Shown: one piece after another, positions 1-11,765 of the stretch
Numbering within the stretch: position 1 is the first letter of the stretch
How the letters are laid out: each line of letters opens with the position of its first letter
Assembly: GCA_946965045.2 (NCBI GenBank)
Contig: OX337230.1
Coordinates: 496,001-560,000, forward strand
DNA: 64,000 nucleotides
Direction: 5' to 3'
From: Epithemia pelagica
Lineage: Eukaryota > Protista > Bacillariophyta
Position numbers and translations under genes: made by a program
Notes under the pieces: generated by a model
Told to the model about the DNA's origin: nothing
Databases searched by the model: none
What the model saw: the letters and a program-made list of their open reading frames with translations, nothing else

Positions 1-2082
1 GTATCTGAAAAGAGTCAGGTAATATTTCAGGAAAGAGGAGGACGGGGAGCTTCATCCAACGAATCCCAGGACCAAGGTAGTACCATGAGCTGTACAGGAA
101 CCCGTGGTGTTACTAATACAGGAGCACCTATGGAATCCGAACACAATACTGCTGTTATGAATGGAGTCGACCATGGTCAGCGAGTTCCTTATAATGCGAA
201 TGGAGTTGCTCCATATCCGAATCATACCCATCCTTATCCTCACCAGCAACCAAATCCATTGGTGTTGTCATTTCTTCCTCAAGGGCAACAACAACATCAG
301 GTCCATACACAGTTCAATTATTCCCAAGCTCCTCTTGGGGGGCAACAACATCATCATTTCCCGGCGGCCTCATCATCTACGATTTATCCACAACAAGGAA
401 CTGGTATTATGGTGCATCAAGGATACCCACAACAGCAGATGATGTCTGTCCCATACCCACCCAATGGGGGCGTTCTGATGCAAGGAGGCGCTGGTGTTCA
501 CCAACCACAGCAAACACAGATGCACCATATGGATACAAATAATATTGAGTGCGCAGCTAATGACAATGGTGGTGTGACTGTAATGTCGCACCAAGATGTT
601 GAAAATATTATGGAAGAGGTTATGGGTGGTGGTGGTGGTGGTGGCGGAGGAGTCAGTCGCGTTTGTAAGTAAGGTGTACTTCCTTTGTTTTGTTTGTGCC
701 CTATCGGTATTGACTGGTTAGAGTGGAACTCTAATCTGGGTTGATGTGGGTTTGGAAATGTACAATCGAAAAAGATGTGGACTTCTGGATGGATGATGTT
801 TCCTCACTTTCTGATCTCTCTTGGTCGTCATCATCTCTTGTAGCCATGGAAGTCAGAGGCGATAGCTCAATGGTTGCATCATCTATCTATGGTACTAGTG
901 ATGGTCAGAGTTCTGGGGCTAATGCAACGTCTGGTGAGAGGGAAAGAAGGAGAGAATACAAGAGGGAAAGAAAGAGAGAACAGCAAAGAAAGAGCAGGAG
1001 CAAATACAAGGATCTACCCTTAGCTTGTCGTACGGATGAGTTCCAGACTTTTGTGCCTGATGTTGCTTGGAGGTACGTGAAGTATTTCTCACTTGCCGAT
1101 GATTGTGATGCAGATGATAATGGATTATGGCATTTGGGGAAGGATCACTTCAAGGCGTATTTCGAACGAGAAAAGATTATTCGTGATGTGGCTAAGGCAA
1201 AGTGGTGGGAAAGGTATTCCCCCCATTTGAGGAAAGAATTCAGACGCAAGAGATCAAATGTTCTACAATCGCTTAGGTTCAGGTTCATGAGTAAGTTGGT
1301 ACTGTCTTGGTGTTATCTTGTTCTCATTCTTGTGGAAAGTTTTGCTCTAACATGAGCCTTCCTGCCTGGCAGAACATTTCTCGTTAAATCTATGGAGAAC
1401 ACATGGTGGTGGAATTGTTCGGCGACAATTCCCTAAGTTATTGGTTGACGATGAAAATCTAGGTCCTATGCCAAGTCTTGAAGAGATGATGCAAATGAGA
1501 GGAGTGAATGGAGACAATGATGCTTATGTTTTCATGTTTGAAGTATTTGGGGGGTCGGTTTATGGAGATGGAATGGTGAGAGATATCATTAATCAAGATA
1601 TTACAGCTAATACACCAGAAGCACAAAAGCAAGCAATATGGAAGGAAGCGATGAGGAAGTTTACTACGAGTGATGAAGCTTTCATTCTCTTGGCTCTTGA
1701 AGATTCATGGGATGCATGGGCTCTGAGGAGCAGACAAGAGTTCAAACAAAAGTTGTACAAAGAAGACCCTGCTTGGTGTCAAGCGCACCAAATTAATGAG
1801 GACATTGATACAGATGGAGTAGAACAATACAAGTATTCAGGTTGTGCAAACAAAAAGGGACGTGGTATGAGTGATATTGGCCTTGATCGTCTTGATGAAT
1901 TGCAGCAGAAGGTGAGGGATGATCGAGAATATGTATCAGTTGATGGACTGTTTCAGAGACAAAATGTGTTCATGGAGAATCTTCTTAAGAAACATCGGGA
2001 GAGGATGGGATATGTGGACAGTGCTGATCAAGATCAACCGCAGCAGAAAAAGCGGAGGAAGCACGGACTCTGGTTTTTTTAA
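1..2082 (+). CDS. Three-exon hypothetical protein (Q/H/P-rich N-terminus, conserved-looking C-terminal domain, basic NLS-like tail); 5' end may lie outside the window; possibly a transposon accessory gene
   Basis: The frame is open from base 1. Introns 665-843 (GTAAGT..TGTAG) and 1291-1372 (GTAAGT..GGCAG) join ORFs 85-672, 741-1355 and 1441-2082 in frame. C-terminal motifs SDEAFILLALEDSWDAW and KYSG..GRGMSDIGLDRLDELQQKVRDDR; ends KKRRKH. Confidence 0.55.
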
Positions 2083-2171
2083 ATAGTATCTCTTCATTAG
2101 CTTCTGTGCATGTTTTCACATTCTTCTGTGGATGGTATCGATTGTGTTGTGAAATGAGTTACCATAAGTGT

Positions 2172-2385
2172 GTGGCTTCTGCTGGTGCTTTTGGAGTCTG
2201 AGATGCAAAAGGTGGGTGGCTTCTGCCGGTGCTTTCGGTGCCTGAGATGCAAAAGGTGGGTGGCTTCTGCCAGTGCTTTCGGAGCATGGGATGCTAATGG
2301 TGTGTGGCTTCCGCTGGTGCTTTCGGAGCATGGGATGCAAAAGGTGAGTGGCTTCCGCTGGTGTCATTGGAGAATGGGATAGGAG
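2172..2385. repeat. Tandem repeat, about 5 diverged copies of a ~44-bp unit
   Basis: Consensus TGGCTTCTGCYGGTGCTTTCGGAGCMTGRGATGCAAAAGGTGGG; units are contiguous. Confidence 0.85.
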
Positions 2386-3384
2386 AGATTGGGGGTTTGC
2401 CTTTGTGTTATTGCACCTGTGGAGAGGGTGTATAGATGCCTTGTTCCGATGAGGTTGGTACTTTGTGTTCAGAGTGTTTTGGACTTGGAGGGCAAGGTCA
2501 GTGTGCTTAGAAGGTAAGTTCTCTGTGCGTGGAAGATGGGAGTGTGCGTGCGTGGAAGATAGGGTCGCCGTGAATGTGTATGATGTTGTATGTGCGTGAT
2601 GGTGGGGGGGATTAGTCAAAATGGTGTAAATCCGTATAAAAAAACCGGGTACGAAAAATGGCGCATGCCGACGGCGCGTATGGGGTGTGCGTTTTGGGGG
2701 CGCGTGACGCTGCCCTTAGACGTATAGTAGGAAAGTGAGATGAGAATGGACGAAACTAATACAAGGGAGATGAGATTGGCGATAGAATAATAATAGAGAG
2801 GATTGAAAAAGGGAACGGGCTGAGAGAGAGAGAGCGACGACGGCGACGACGAGAGAGAGAGAGACGAGAGAGATGAGAGACGAGGAGACCCACACGCATG
2901 CGAGAGACAGAGAAAAAAAGATGAACATCTGTCTCATTTTTCTCCTCCGCCTGGTTATATATATAACTCTTAGTATTCTATAACAAGTTCGGTGGTATGC
3001 GCGTACTGTGTTCTTGTGGATCTATAACTATATAGACATACTAGGAAAAATTCAACGGCTTTCTTGATGGATTATTAGGAAAGATGGATGGCCAGCTTGG
3101 TCGTGATGCCATGAAGAGGGGTCAGATGGGCATACACTGGTATACAGTAAGTTTTTGAAAAAGAAAAAATGATATATAAGTAGGTAAGAGAGTGTGTCCG
3201 TTGGTTTAAATTAGATACGTACCACAGCACGTTGTTTGAAATTTTGGGACCGAGCGAGTCGGGCAACTAACACTCTCATTTTGTCGTGTTTGTGTTCGAT
3301 TTGTGGATGACGACGAGAGAGAGACGAGAGAGACAAAAAAGAGAGACGACGAGAACAAGACATAATAAAGTGTGTGTGTAAAAG

Positions 3385-4014
3385 ATGGTGGGAAAACCGT
3401 ACACCTATTTCAATTGTGAGACTAAGGAGCCTGACAAAATCCTAAACTATGCTATATATTTTGTAATCGGTGTGGAGCAACGAGAGAATTGTTATAAATC
3501 AATGATGGTTGAGGCAGTGAAGTGTTTGGGTGAGAAAAGGAAGGAAACTGATTTCATCGAAGACAAAGAAGAAGAACTTAACTGTTTTGGTTATCCAACA
3601 TACAAGGTGGAACGTACAGAAATGGAAAAGTGGACAAGTATGACAAATGGAATGGTTTTGGCTCAACGATACTTCTACAATATCGGTTATAGACCACATC
3701 ACCCAGATCCATATGTTCAGATTTATGATCTTTGGAGGATGCGGAGCCTTTATTTGATTATTGTGAATGGAAAAGTGGTTTCTAAAATGCATATGTTGCA
3801 TGAGGAAGTATTTGCTTTTAACGAGAGTATGATGACGATGAAAGTGCAGGTGACTGACGAAGAGTTGGAAAATTATCCACCAATGGTTCTGGAACGTTTG
3901 AAAATTGTGGTCGAGAAGCCTTTTATTGCGATGACAGTATATGGAAAGGATAAGGAGGGCAATAAGGATAGTGATTGCGTTGCCATTCGAACCAGGAATG
4001 ATGCGAAAAAGTAA
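3385..4014 (+). CDS. Orphan intronless ORF, 209 aa, unknown function
   Basis: ATG-started ORF of normal amino-acid complexity, flanked on both sides by GA/GACGA low-complexity tracts; no motif recognised. Confidence 0.4.
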   Translation: MVGKPYTYFNCETKEPDKILNYAIYFVIGVEQRENCYKSMMVEAVKCLGEKRKETDFIEDKEEELNCFGYPTYKVERTEMEKWTSMTNGMVLAQRYFYNIGYRPHHPDPYVQIYDLWRMRSLYLIIVNGKVVSKMHMLHEEVFAFNESMMTMKVQVTDEELENYPPMVLERLKIVVEKPFIAMTVYGKDKEGNKDSDCVAIRTRNDAKK

Positions 4015-4401
4015 AAGAAAGAGAGACGATGGGAGAGAGAGAGATGAGCGACGACGAGACGACGAGAGACGAGAGCGAAAAAAAATATATATATATAAAC
4101 CAAGTCTAATATTCAGTGGAAATGTTGGAATAGTATACCAATTCGAAAATAGGGATTTTATTCCGATGAGATGAACTGTTTAATTTGTTGTTCAATTGTA
4201 AGTCATTGAATATTACGTATTCAGTGAATGCTCTTCTGATTTGTGAATATTCAGTGAAGGTTAAATTGATTAGTATATATTCAATGTGGTCAACAGAATA
4301 AAGTGGCGACTCGTTCTGAGAGTTCATATTCAGTTGAACTCTAGCGGAATAATAAATGTTCAGTTGAGATATGGGTTATTCACTTTGAAATTGACTTGCA
4401 G

Positions 4402-5068
4402 TGTAGATCTATATTTAAATTATGAGGAAGTTACTCCCGATGAAGTTGCAGCAAGTTGTGAATGGTATCGCCGCTGGACCAAGAAGGATTGGTACCGGGA
4501 GAATTTGGTACTAACCTACAAGCATCTGGAAAATAACATGACTCAAAGTCTGTTTGAAAAATGCTACGAACAGTTTGAGACTTACCCTACCATTCAACAA
4601 GGGGGTCCTCTGCTCTTCGTCATTATGATGAACATCCTGGTTTCAAGTTCGGAAGCCGCTATTGATCACTTAAAAGATTTGGTTAAGAATTTGAAGATTA
4701 ATGAGTTTCAAGGTGAAAATGTTCTTCGTGTTGTAAGTTTGATCCGTGGTGCACACAAGCGCTTGAAATGGGTCAAGAAAGTTCCAGAGCGCTTTAATCA
4801 GCAAGTGCTAAAGGTCATGCAAACTTCATCCGTTGGCAAATTTAACTCTTACTTCCGCTATATCGAGCAAACTTACACAATGGCACGGGACATTGGTAAA
4901 CTTCAAGGGGATCCTGATGACACTGGTGGTTTGGAAGTTGATGTTTTACTTCGCTTAGCCGAAACTAAGTATAATGAATTATGCAGCAGCAATGACTGGC
5001 ACGGTTCTAAAACGAAGGGAAAGAACTCCGTGTTCAATGCCCAAGAAGATGCCAAGAAAGCTGCCAAT
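4402..5068 (+). pseudogene. Isolated 667-bp internal gag fragment of the copia element 2 family
   Basis: Matches 20519-21185 with 3 substitutions seen; no LTR, primer site or pol adjacent. Confidence 0.92.
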
Positions 5069-6101
5069 GTAAAATCCTTAATTTCTCAAACACAAAGGAT
5101 TATGAATACTAGTTTCAGTGCCGTTCGATAAAAAGGACCCGGTGAGATGCGTATTCCAAACGACTCAACCACAGGTACAAGCCAGTTCAGAGAGGTTAGG
5201 GCACGGTGTGTATTGAGTGCTCCCCGTTTGAGATAGGACAACTGGAATATTCGTAACTAATTTTACTTGCGTCGAAGACCAAACTGATTCTTGTATTCCT
5301 CTCGAGCCGCGCGTTCCAATTCTGCGTCCACTCGACCACTCTGTGGATCGGTTCCTAAGGGGCGTCGAAAAAGCAGAATGTGGGGCTCTGGTCTGCGATT
5401 GTCGAGGTCGAAACAAATACTGATATGAGAATGACGTCTGGAGGCCTGCTTAAGATGGCCGAACTACTCACCGATGAATTGCATAATGCTGCCATCCACG
5501 GCTTTGCTGAACCCCAATTCCCCTCCATTCAGACTCCGTCAACAAACGTGACTTCGGAAGAGTTTTCGCAAGTTCCTTTGGCAAGATCACATGTCTGTTC
5601 GTATGCAACATTAGAACGTAAGAACAAAAAATGATGAAAATGTCACAACGGAGGACTATTCTTATGAAAGTCGCCTCGAAATCTTGCTGCCTTCAAACCA
5701 AAATTTTATTCTCACCTGTATTCGTTCACATCGTCAGCATATTTTTCACTGTATTCAATTCGAGAGGCGCTCATCGTCTAGAATTCACTCAAGCAGAAGC
5801 ACACAGGACAAAGATGGGGAGAAGAAAGAAAGTGTGAGAGAGGAGATGCACCGTCCGCCACGAACAGCGTTTTGTACCGGGAAGGTCGCCAGCCGACCGC
5901 CATGATGGAGCATGCAGCGCGCGGCGTGACACAATTGATGGGCGGGCGGGCGGAACCGACGGACTCGGGGCTGACTTGGGGCTCGGGGAAATGTTTCGGG
6001 TTTGGGGGTGCAGATGAATACAAGAATAAGAGAGAGATGGTACTGGAGCTGGAGCGTCCGAGGGGTTGGCGCCGACCAACGACGACGTCATGCCCGAGAG
6101 A

Positions 6102-6290
6102 GCGCGACTGCAAATCCCGTCCTCAGCGAAAACTACCGACTACTGTGGCGATTCTGGTCCCGGAAGTTTGGGTGGGGCCATTCATGGGAGAAACGAGCGC
6201 GACAAAGTCCCGACTCCCGTCCCTCTCCTTGTAAAACTACCGTGGTGGATGCGTGGTCCCGGAAGTTTTGGTGGCGGCCCACATTCATCA
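6102..6290. repeat. Two diverged ~95-bp tandem units
   Basis: Shared blocks GAGCGCGAC, TCCCG, AAAACTACCG, TGGTCCCGGAAGTTT and CATTCAT occur in the same order twice. Confidence 0.6.
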
Positions 6291-6704
6291 CATTTTTTTA
6301 TTTTTGAAAAAGAAACCAAGAGAGAATGAGAGAGAGGGAGCCACACGCAACAGGAGGAGCAAACAGTAGGGCTGTTGTGGTTGTTCGCTCCAACGCGAAC
6401 TGTAAGTCGCCGTGTTGTGTAGTGTCGAGTGTATACGATTGTCGTTCCTGTGGATTCTCTCTCATCTCCCTTTTTGCTGTTTTGTTCGAGAGAGACTGCC
6501 GCGACGGTGGAGCAATCCAAGCACGGCTTCAACACACACACACGAACGGATTCACACAGCAAAAACAACAACAACAAGAAGAAACTTGTGTCAACGGTGA
6601 GTAGAGAGAGAAAGCGCGCGTGAGTTTTGTCGTTTGGTTTGGTTGGTTGGTTGGTTGTCTCTCTCACACACCACACACGAACATATGACTCGATGAGCGA
6701 GACG

Positions 6705-6918
6705 TGTTGAAACACAACTCCAATCGTACCGTACAAGTAACCACTAGAGATGATCTCGTGTTATTTTAAAAAGAATGAGCCTCCTCTTGGCTCATTTGTT
6801 TGTTTCGCCTCGATCTTGTTTCTATGACTATGACGTGTCACCAGAGTCCATTGGGCCTTTTCCTCTTCAGTCGCACTTTTCGTTTCCTTTTCCTTACTCG
6901 CATCCACTTGTCCTAACA
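6705..6918 (-). repeat. 3' LTR of element 1
   Basis: Direct repeat of 15533-15746; preceded on the minus strand by the purine-rich tract GAAGGAGTG. Confidence 0.95.
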
Positions 6919-9900
6919 CACTCCTTCGCGAGGAATGGTATTTACTAGTTCTCGGGATATTCATTAGGACATCACGAAAAGTATAGAAGATGGATCCTTG
7001 CAATGGCTTCGTGTGGAAGTCAGCGATCATTTCTTCAGTCGGGCAATATTCAATTCGTAAGTCTTTCTTGTCAACACGATCCTTGATATAGAAATATCTG
7101 ATGTTGATATGTTTTGTTCGTTTGCTGCTTGACGTACGTCCATTTTTCTCTAGCAAGATGGTACTCTTGTTATCTTGATACAAGATCACGTCCTTTATTG
7201 GATAACCTTGGGCCTCCATAAATTGCTTACTCCACATGATCAATTGAAGTCCATCGTGGACCCCAATTAGTTCGCTTTCAGTTGAACTTCTCGCAACTAA
7301 TTTTTGCTTGCTTGACATGCTCAGAGCGGCCCCTTGTCCCATTGACATGACTGCTCCAGTATGTCCTCGCATGTTTGGATGAATTGCGTATGACGCATCA
7401 ATCCACCATTTGACAATGCCACTCCCATCACAGTTGAGGCGTAACAGGAGGTCTTTTGTCGACTGGAGGTATTTCATTAGTCGGGAGAGTTTCCTCCAGT
7501 CCTCTTCAGTCGGCTCAGCAACTCGAGTACTCAAGAAAGCTAGAGTTGCTCTCAAATCAGGTCGTGCCCGTTGGGCCAAATACATGAGCTGCATGGTGAG
7601 ACTATGCAAGTAGTCGGCTTGGTCTTGTTTCAGTTTTGGTGACTCTTCTGTCACCATGAAGAGATGATTAGCTGCTGGTGTCAAGGCTTTGCCATGGAAT
7701 TCCTTTGGCGCTTCCTCAATCAATCCTTGGATGTATAATTGCATGTCGACCATCAGGGTACCGGGCTCACTAAAGTCCAACCACATTCCCAGATAATCAT
7801 GACGCTTGCCACGTGAAATGGACAGTTCACCAAGGGTGGCAAAAGTGTTTTTCAAATCCTCAATGATTTGCGTGACCACGGCAGGATCTTTGTGCGAGAT
7901 CTTAAGATCGTCCACATGCCAGGTAAGAGTACACTGATGGCCGTTGATTGTTTTGTTTGCCACACAAGAATCGTATGGATTAATCTCGAAGCCCCAGCTT
8001 TTCACAACACTTGTGAGCTTCTCCCAAAATAGTCTTGCTGCTCTGAGTGTACCGTATAGAGCTCGTAGTAATTCCACATATATAACTTTTTCTCCACGTT
8101 CATAAACCACAAATTGTTCGTAGCTTTTGTCAATTTCGATCAAGAGGTCGACCATCAGTCCCGTTATACGCATATAGACGTCCTTGTCCATGATTACTTG
8201 CATAAATGCACCTGGGATGTCAACTACGGCCACCTCGCGCTTCTCCATCGCGTCAACTATTGCCGTGATAAATACCGCCTCGGTTGATACTGTTGGTGAG
8301 ACTGTGTCTTCCTTTGCAATATGACCCCGCAGTTTCCTACCGTCTGCACAACCACGACCTTTGATCTTCCCATTCTTTTTTCTCTTTAGGAACATCAAGT
8401 ATCCTAAGGCTTGGCGTATTTGTTCTTTCGTAAGTTGGCTTTTGTGAATTGCTCGAATCACATCTCTGTCATGAAGTTGTAGAACTTCTTTCTTTACTGC
8501 CGAGACTCCCAGATCTCCAAACATCCTCACTCCTTGTTTCATGCCCATCTGTGGCGTTTCGTTGGTAGCACTCGTCACATAGATATCATGAACATATCTA
8601 TGCGCGTAGCTACGTTCTCTATTTGTACGGAGATTGTATCTTCGTTCCGATGGGTCTCTATCGCCACTTGGTGCTGCAGTGGGTTCTGTTCTGGGTTCCA
8701 GGGCCTGCTCAGCTTGGTTCTCTACTAACATGTTGTCTGCCACGGCTTGATCAACAAAATATTCTATATTTTGTTCATCCTGTTGGTCAATCTCATTTGC
8801 CAATACAGGACTTTCATTGATTTCTCCTTCGTGATACTGCTCCACTCCTGGGTTTTCAGCTGGAGCATTGATTGGACCATCGAAAGGTTCTCCTTCTACT
8901 GATGGTTGGTCGAATACTTGATCATCGTTTTCCACATCCTCCACTCCTATATCCCCCACTCCTTGATTTTCCTCCATCTCCTCCATTGGATCACCTACTC
9001 CTTCCTCTTGCTCACCGATGACCTCCATACCCAATCCATGGTTTTCATCTTCCTTGTCTACCTCTTCATCCACTTCTTCTAGCTCGCCATCAATATACTC
9101 TTCATCATACCAAAGATCAATATCTTGCTCTTCTTCGTCAACAATGAATTCCTCATCGTTTGATTCATCATCATCATCAAATTCGAGGGCTACAATTCGG
9201 TTGTCACGGTTGCCAAATGCCAAATTTGGGTACCGATCTTGCGCATTGGTTAGGTCATACACGCGTTTTTCGATGCCTTCAGGCATTGGCACAATTGTTG
9301 CATGATTCCTGTTAATGATTCGGCCAGTGACTAGACTCATGAAGTAGTATCCTCCCTGGCGGTTCCCTGTAGGGCGAAGGGCAATTGCTCCCACTGTTCT
9401 TGGACTCATGCTGTTTGAATGCTGCTCGTGGGTTTGGACGTACTGACCAAATTCAAATTTGCAGTGACGATTAAAGTCAATCATTTCCCCAGTTACGAGA
9501 GTTCTCGGACTGAGCGTGTTCGAGATTCCTTGGGATGCTGGAAAAGCATTCAGCCAATAACAAGCATACTTTGCCAGTTCAATCACCATATTCTTGGGAC
9601 ATAGCGAAATGGAAGTATGTTATATACACAACGCATTCGTTCCTTGAGCGTTCGTATGTATCGCTCCACCTCACCAACATGTTCTTCTCTTGAAGTTGGG
9701 TTGAGCTTGATCCCAATGTTGTTGAGTGCTGCATTGATCTTTGCCGTATCAAAGGCTCCATCAGCCAAAAGAACACGTGGTCTTAGATTTCCTCGTCGAT
9801 ATATTGACGCTACCTGTTTGATTGCCGTAATGACAGACTGATCGGTAACTGACGGTAGGGTATGGACTGTCCCGAACTTGATATTCCGAGAGATGGTGAC

Positions 9901-11763
9901 AAGGAAACCCACACCATTAACATGCATTACTTCCATGCTGAGAACAATATCTTTTTGTTTGTCCGGGATGGGGACGTCAACAAGTTCTTGGAATTCCACT
10001 TTGTGAGGGCGTCTTCTCGTTGTTTTTCCTTTTAGAATCCCTATGTCGGGTCCAAAGATTTTCATTGCTAACTTGACATCATGACTCGTGAATGGGCAAT
10101 TCGGAAGTAAATTAGAGTCCAGAATCTTACACAGTTCACGGTCACTTGGTCGCCCTACTTTTGCTTGAAGCGACCGGACTCCCTTAGCACGAGCAACTTC
10201 ATTCTCCGTATATCCTTGCTTATTCGACGACACAGTGGTGACTAGGCATGGAGTGGTGACTAGGCATGATTTATTATCTGAATTACGCTCAGTATAATAC
10301 AAGCCTTCTCCATCTGATTTGAAGCAGTCCACCTGGTCTCCATTTGTGTCATATACTGTGAATGTATCGTTGTCGTCGTTGTACTTGATCTTGTGGGTTT
10401 TGGTAATGATATAGAATGAGAGGATATTGACCCAACCCCCTTGGTCAAATCAGACCGTTCCATAAGGGTCAAATTTGCCTTGAAGTGCTGTTGTCCTGGA
10501 TCCCCCATGTCCCCGTATTGTTATCTGATGTGGGGCCTTGGATGGTTGATTTCGTAGAAGTTGTGGATTTGAAAAGACATGGACTGTTGCCTGGTTGTCG
10601 AGTAGGATCCAGGTCTTGGGTATGTTAGTCTGGGAAGTTGAAAGAGAAAGGACAGGTGAGGTTGGAATAACAGTTGATATATGGTCAGTATGATTTGAAC
10701 CTTGTTGATTGGCACCACCTTGGGTGTCGCCTTGATTTGTAGTTGTTGTAGTGGTTGTTGAATCGGTGATGAATGCAACACCAGTACCTCCATTTGCATT
10801 TGTCGTATCCTGTGGACTCTGTTGTTCTTGTTTTCTTGTCATTCTTGCATCCATGATTGCTCTAGCGTCGGCCAAGGTAGCTGGATAAATATTCTGTCCA
10901 TCTAGGAAGCTGTTATGAAGATGAGCTTCATACTCCTTCTGCTGGCATGCTCGAATGAAACGATTGGCGATCATTCTTTCTTGAGCCTCTTTTGAATCCT
11001 CATCGCTGGCTTTGCCAGCACGTCCATTTTTCTTAGCAATCTCTTCAACATAGGCCGCATCATATAGGATAATGCCAAGTTCCTCTATCACTTTCACCTT
11101 CGCCTTAAACACTTCATAGAACTGGTGGACACTCTGACCAGGATGCCGTTTCAAGTGATAAAAGTCAAACCGGATTCGATCCATTGCCATTCCAGTGTAA
11201 ACTCTCCCAGGCTGGTAGGTGAAGGTAGTTGTTTTTATGAGCTGCAATAGCTCAATCCCGTCTCTCTTGGTTTGAATTGATGCAAAGTCTTTGTGAGCAC
11301 AAAGCTTATCCTTGAGGAGCTCTGTTGACTGTCCCAATATGATACTATATAGAGCAGATCGAAAATCTGCCACTGCATCTTGCTTATCCATCATTCGCTT
11401 GTACTCCATCTTCCAGGCTTCGACTTGGATGTTGGTTGCAGTAGGTCCCGGCTCCGTTGGTGTAGCTGGGTCTTGTAGGTTGAGATTCTCCACAGCGACT
11501 TGAAAATCTTGGTTATATTTTGAGAACTTGGTTCCGATGTAACCGATGAATAATTCTATGTTTCTTAAATATCTCTTCGCTTGGGAGTCTTCCTCGTAAT
11601 CAAAAATGCACCCTTTTAGCAAGGGCTCTTGTCCTTCAAATTTACTAGTTGTACCTCCTCGGTTGCGTCCGCCACGACCACGGCCTTGGTTTCCTCTACC
11701 TCGTCCTTGTTGTCCTCGTCCTTGACCACTTGAGTCCACTTGGTCAGGTCTTGCTTCTAACAT
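6761..11763 (-). pseudogene. gag-pol of element 1, interrupted by an in-frame TGA (10450-10452) and a 1-nt frameshift near 9590
   Basis: Protease WILLDNQAT; integrase core LLADGAF..EVERYIRTLKER; RT DIPGAF, LYG and WHVDD; RNase H WIDAS..STESE..QDN..HINIRYFY..ADFHTKPL. Confidence 0.93.
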
Positions 11764-11765
11764 GC

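Noticed and set aside
2172-2385. CRISPR-like regular repeats
   Set aside because: Units are contiguous with no unique spacers, no cas genes are present, and the context is eukaryotic.
4286-5131. 281-aa ORF as an independent gene
   Set aside because: It is the gag fragment plus chance in-frame flanking sequence.
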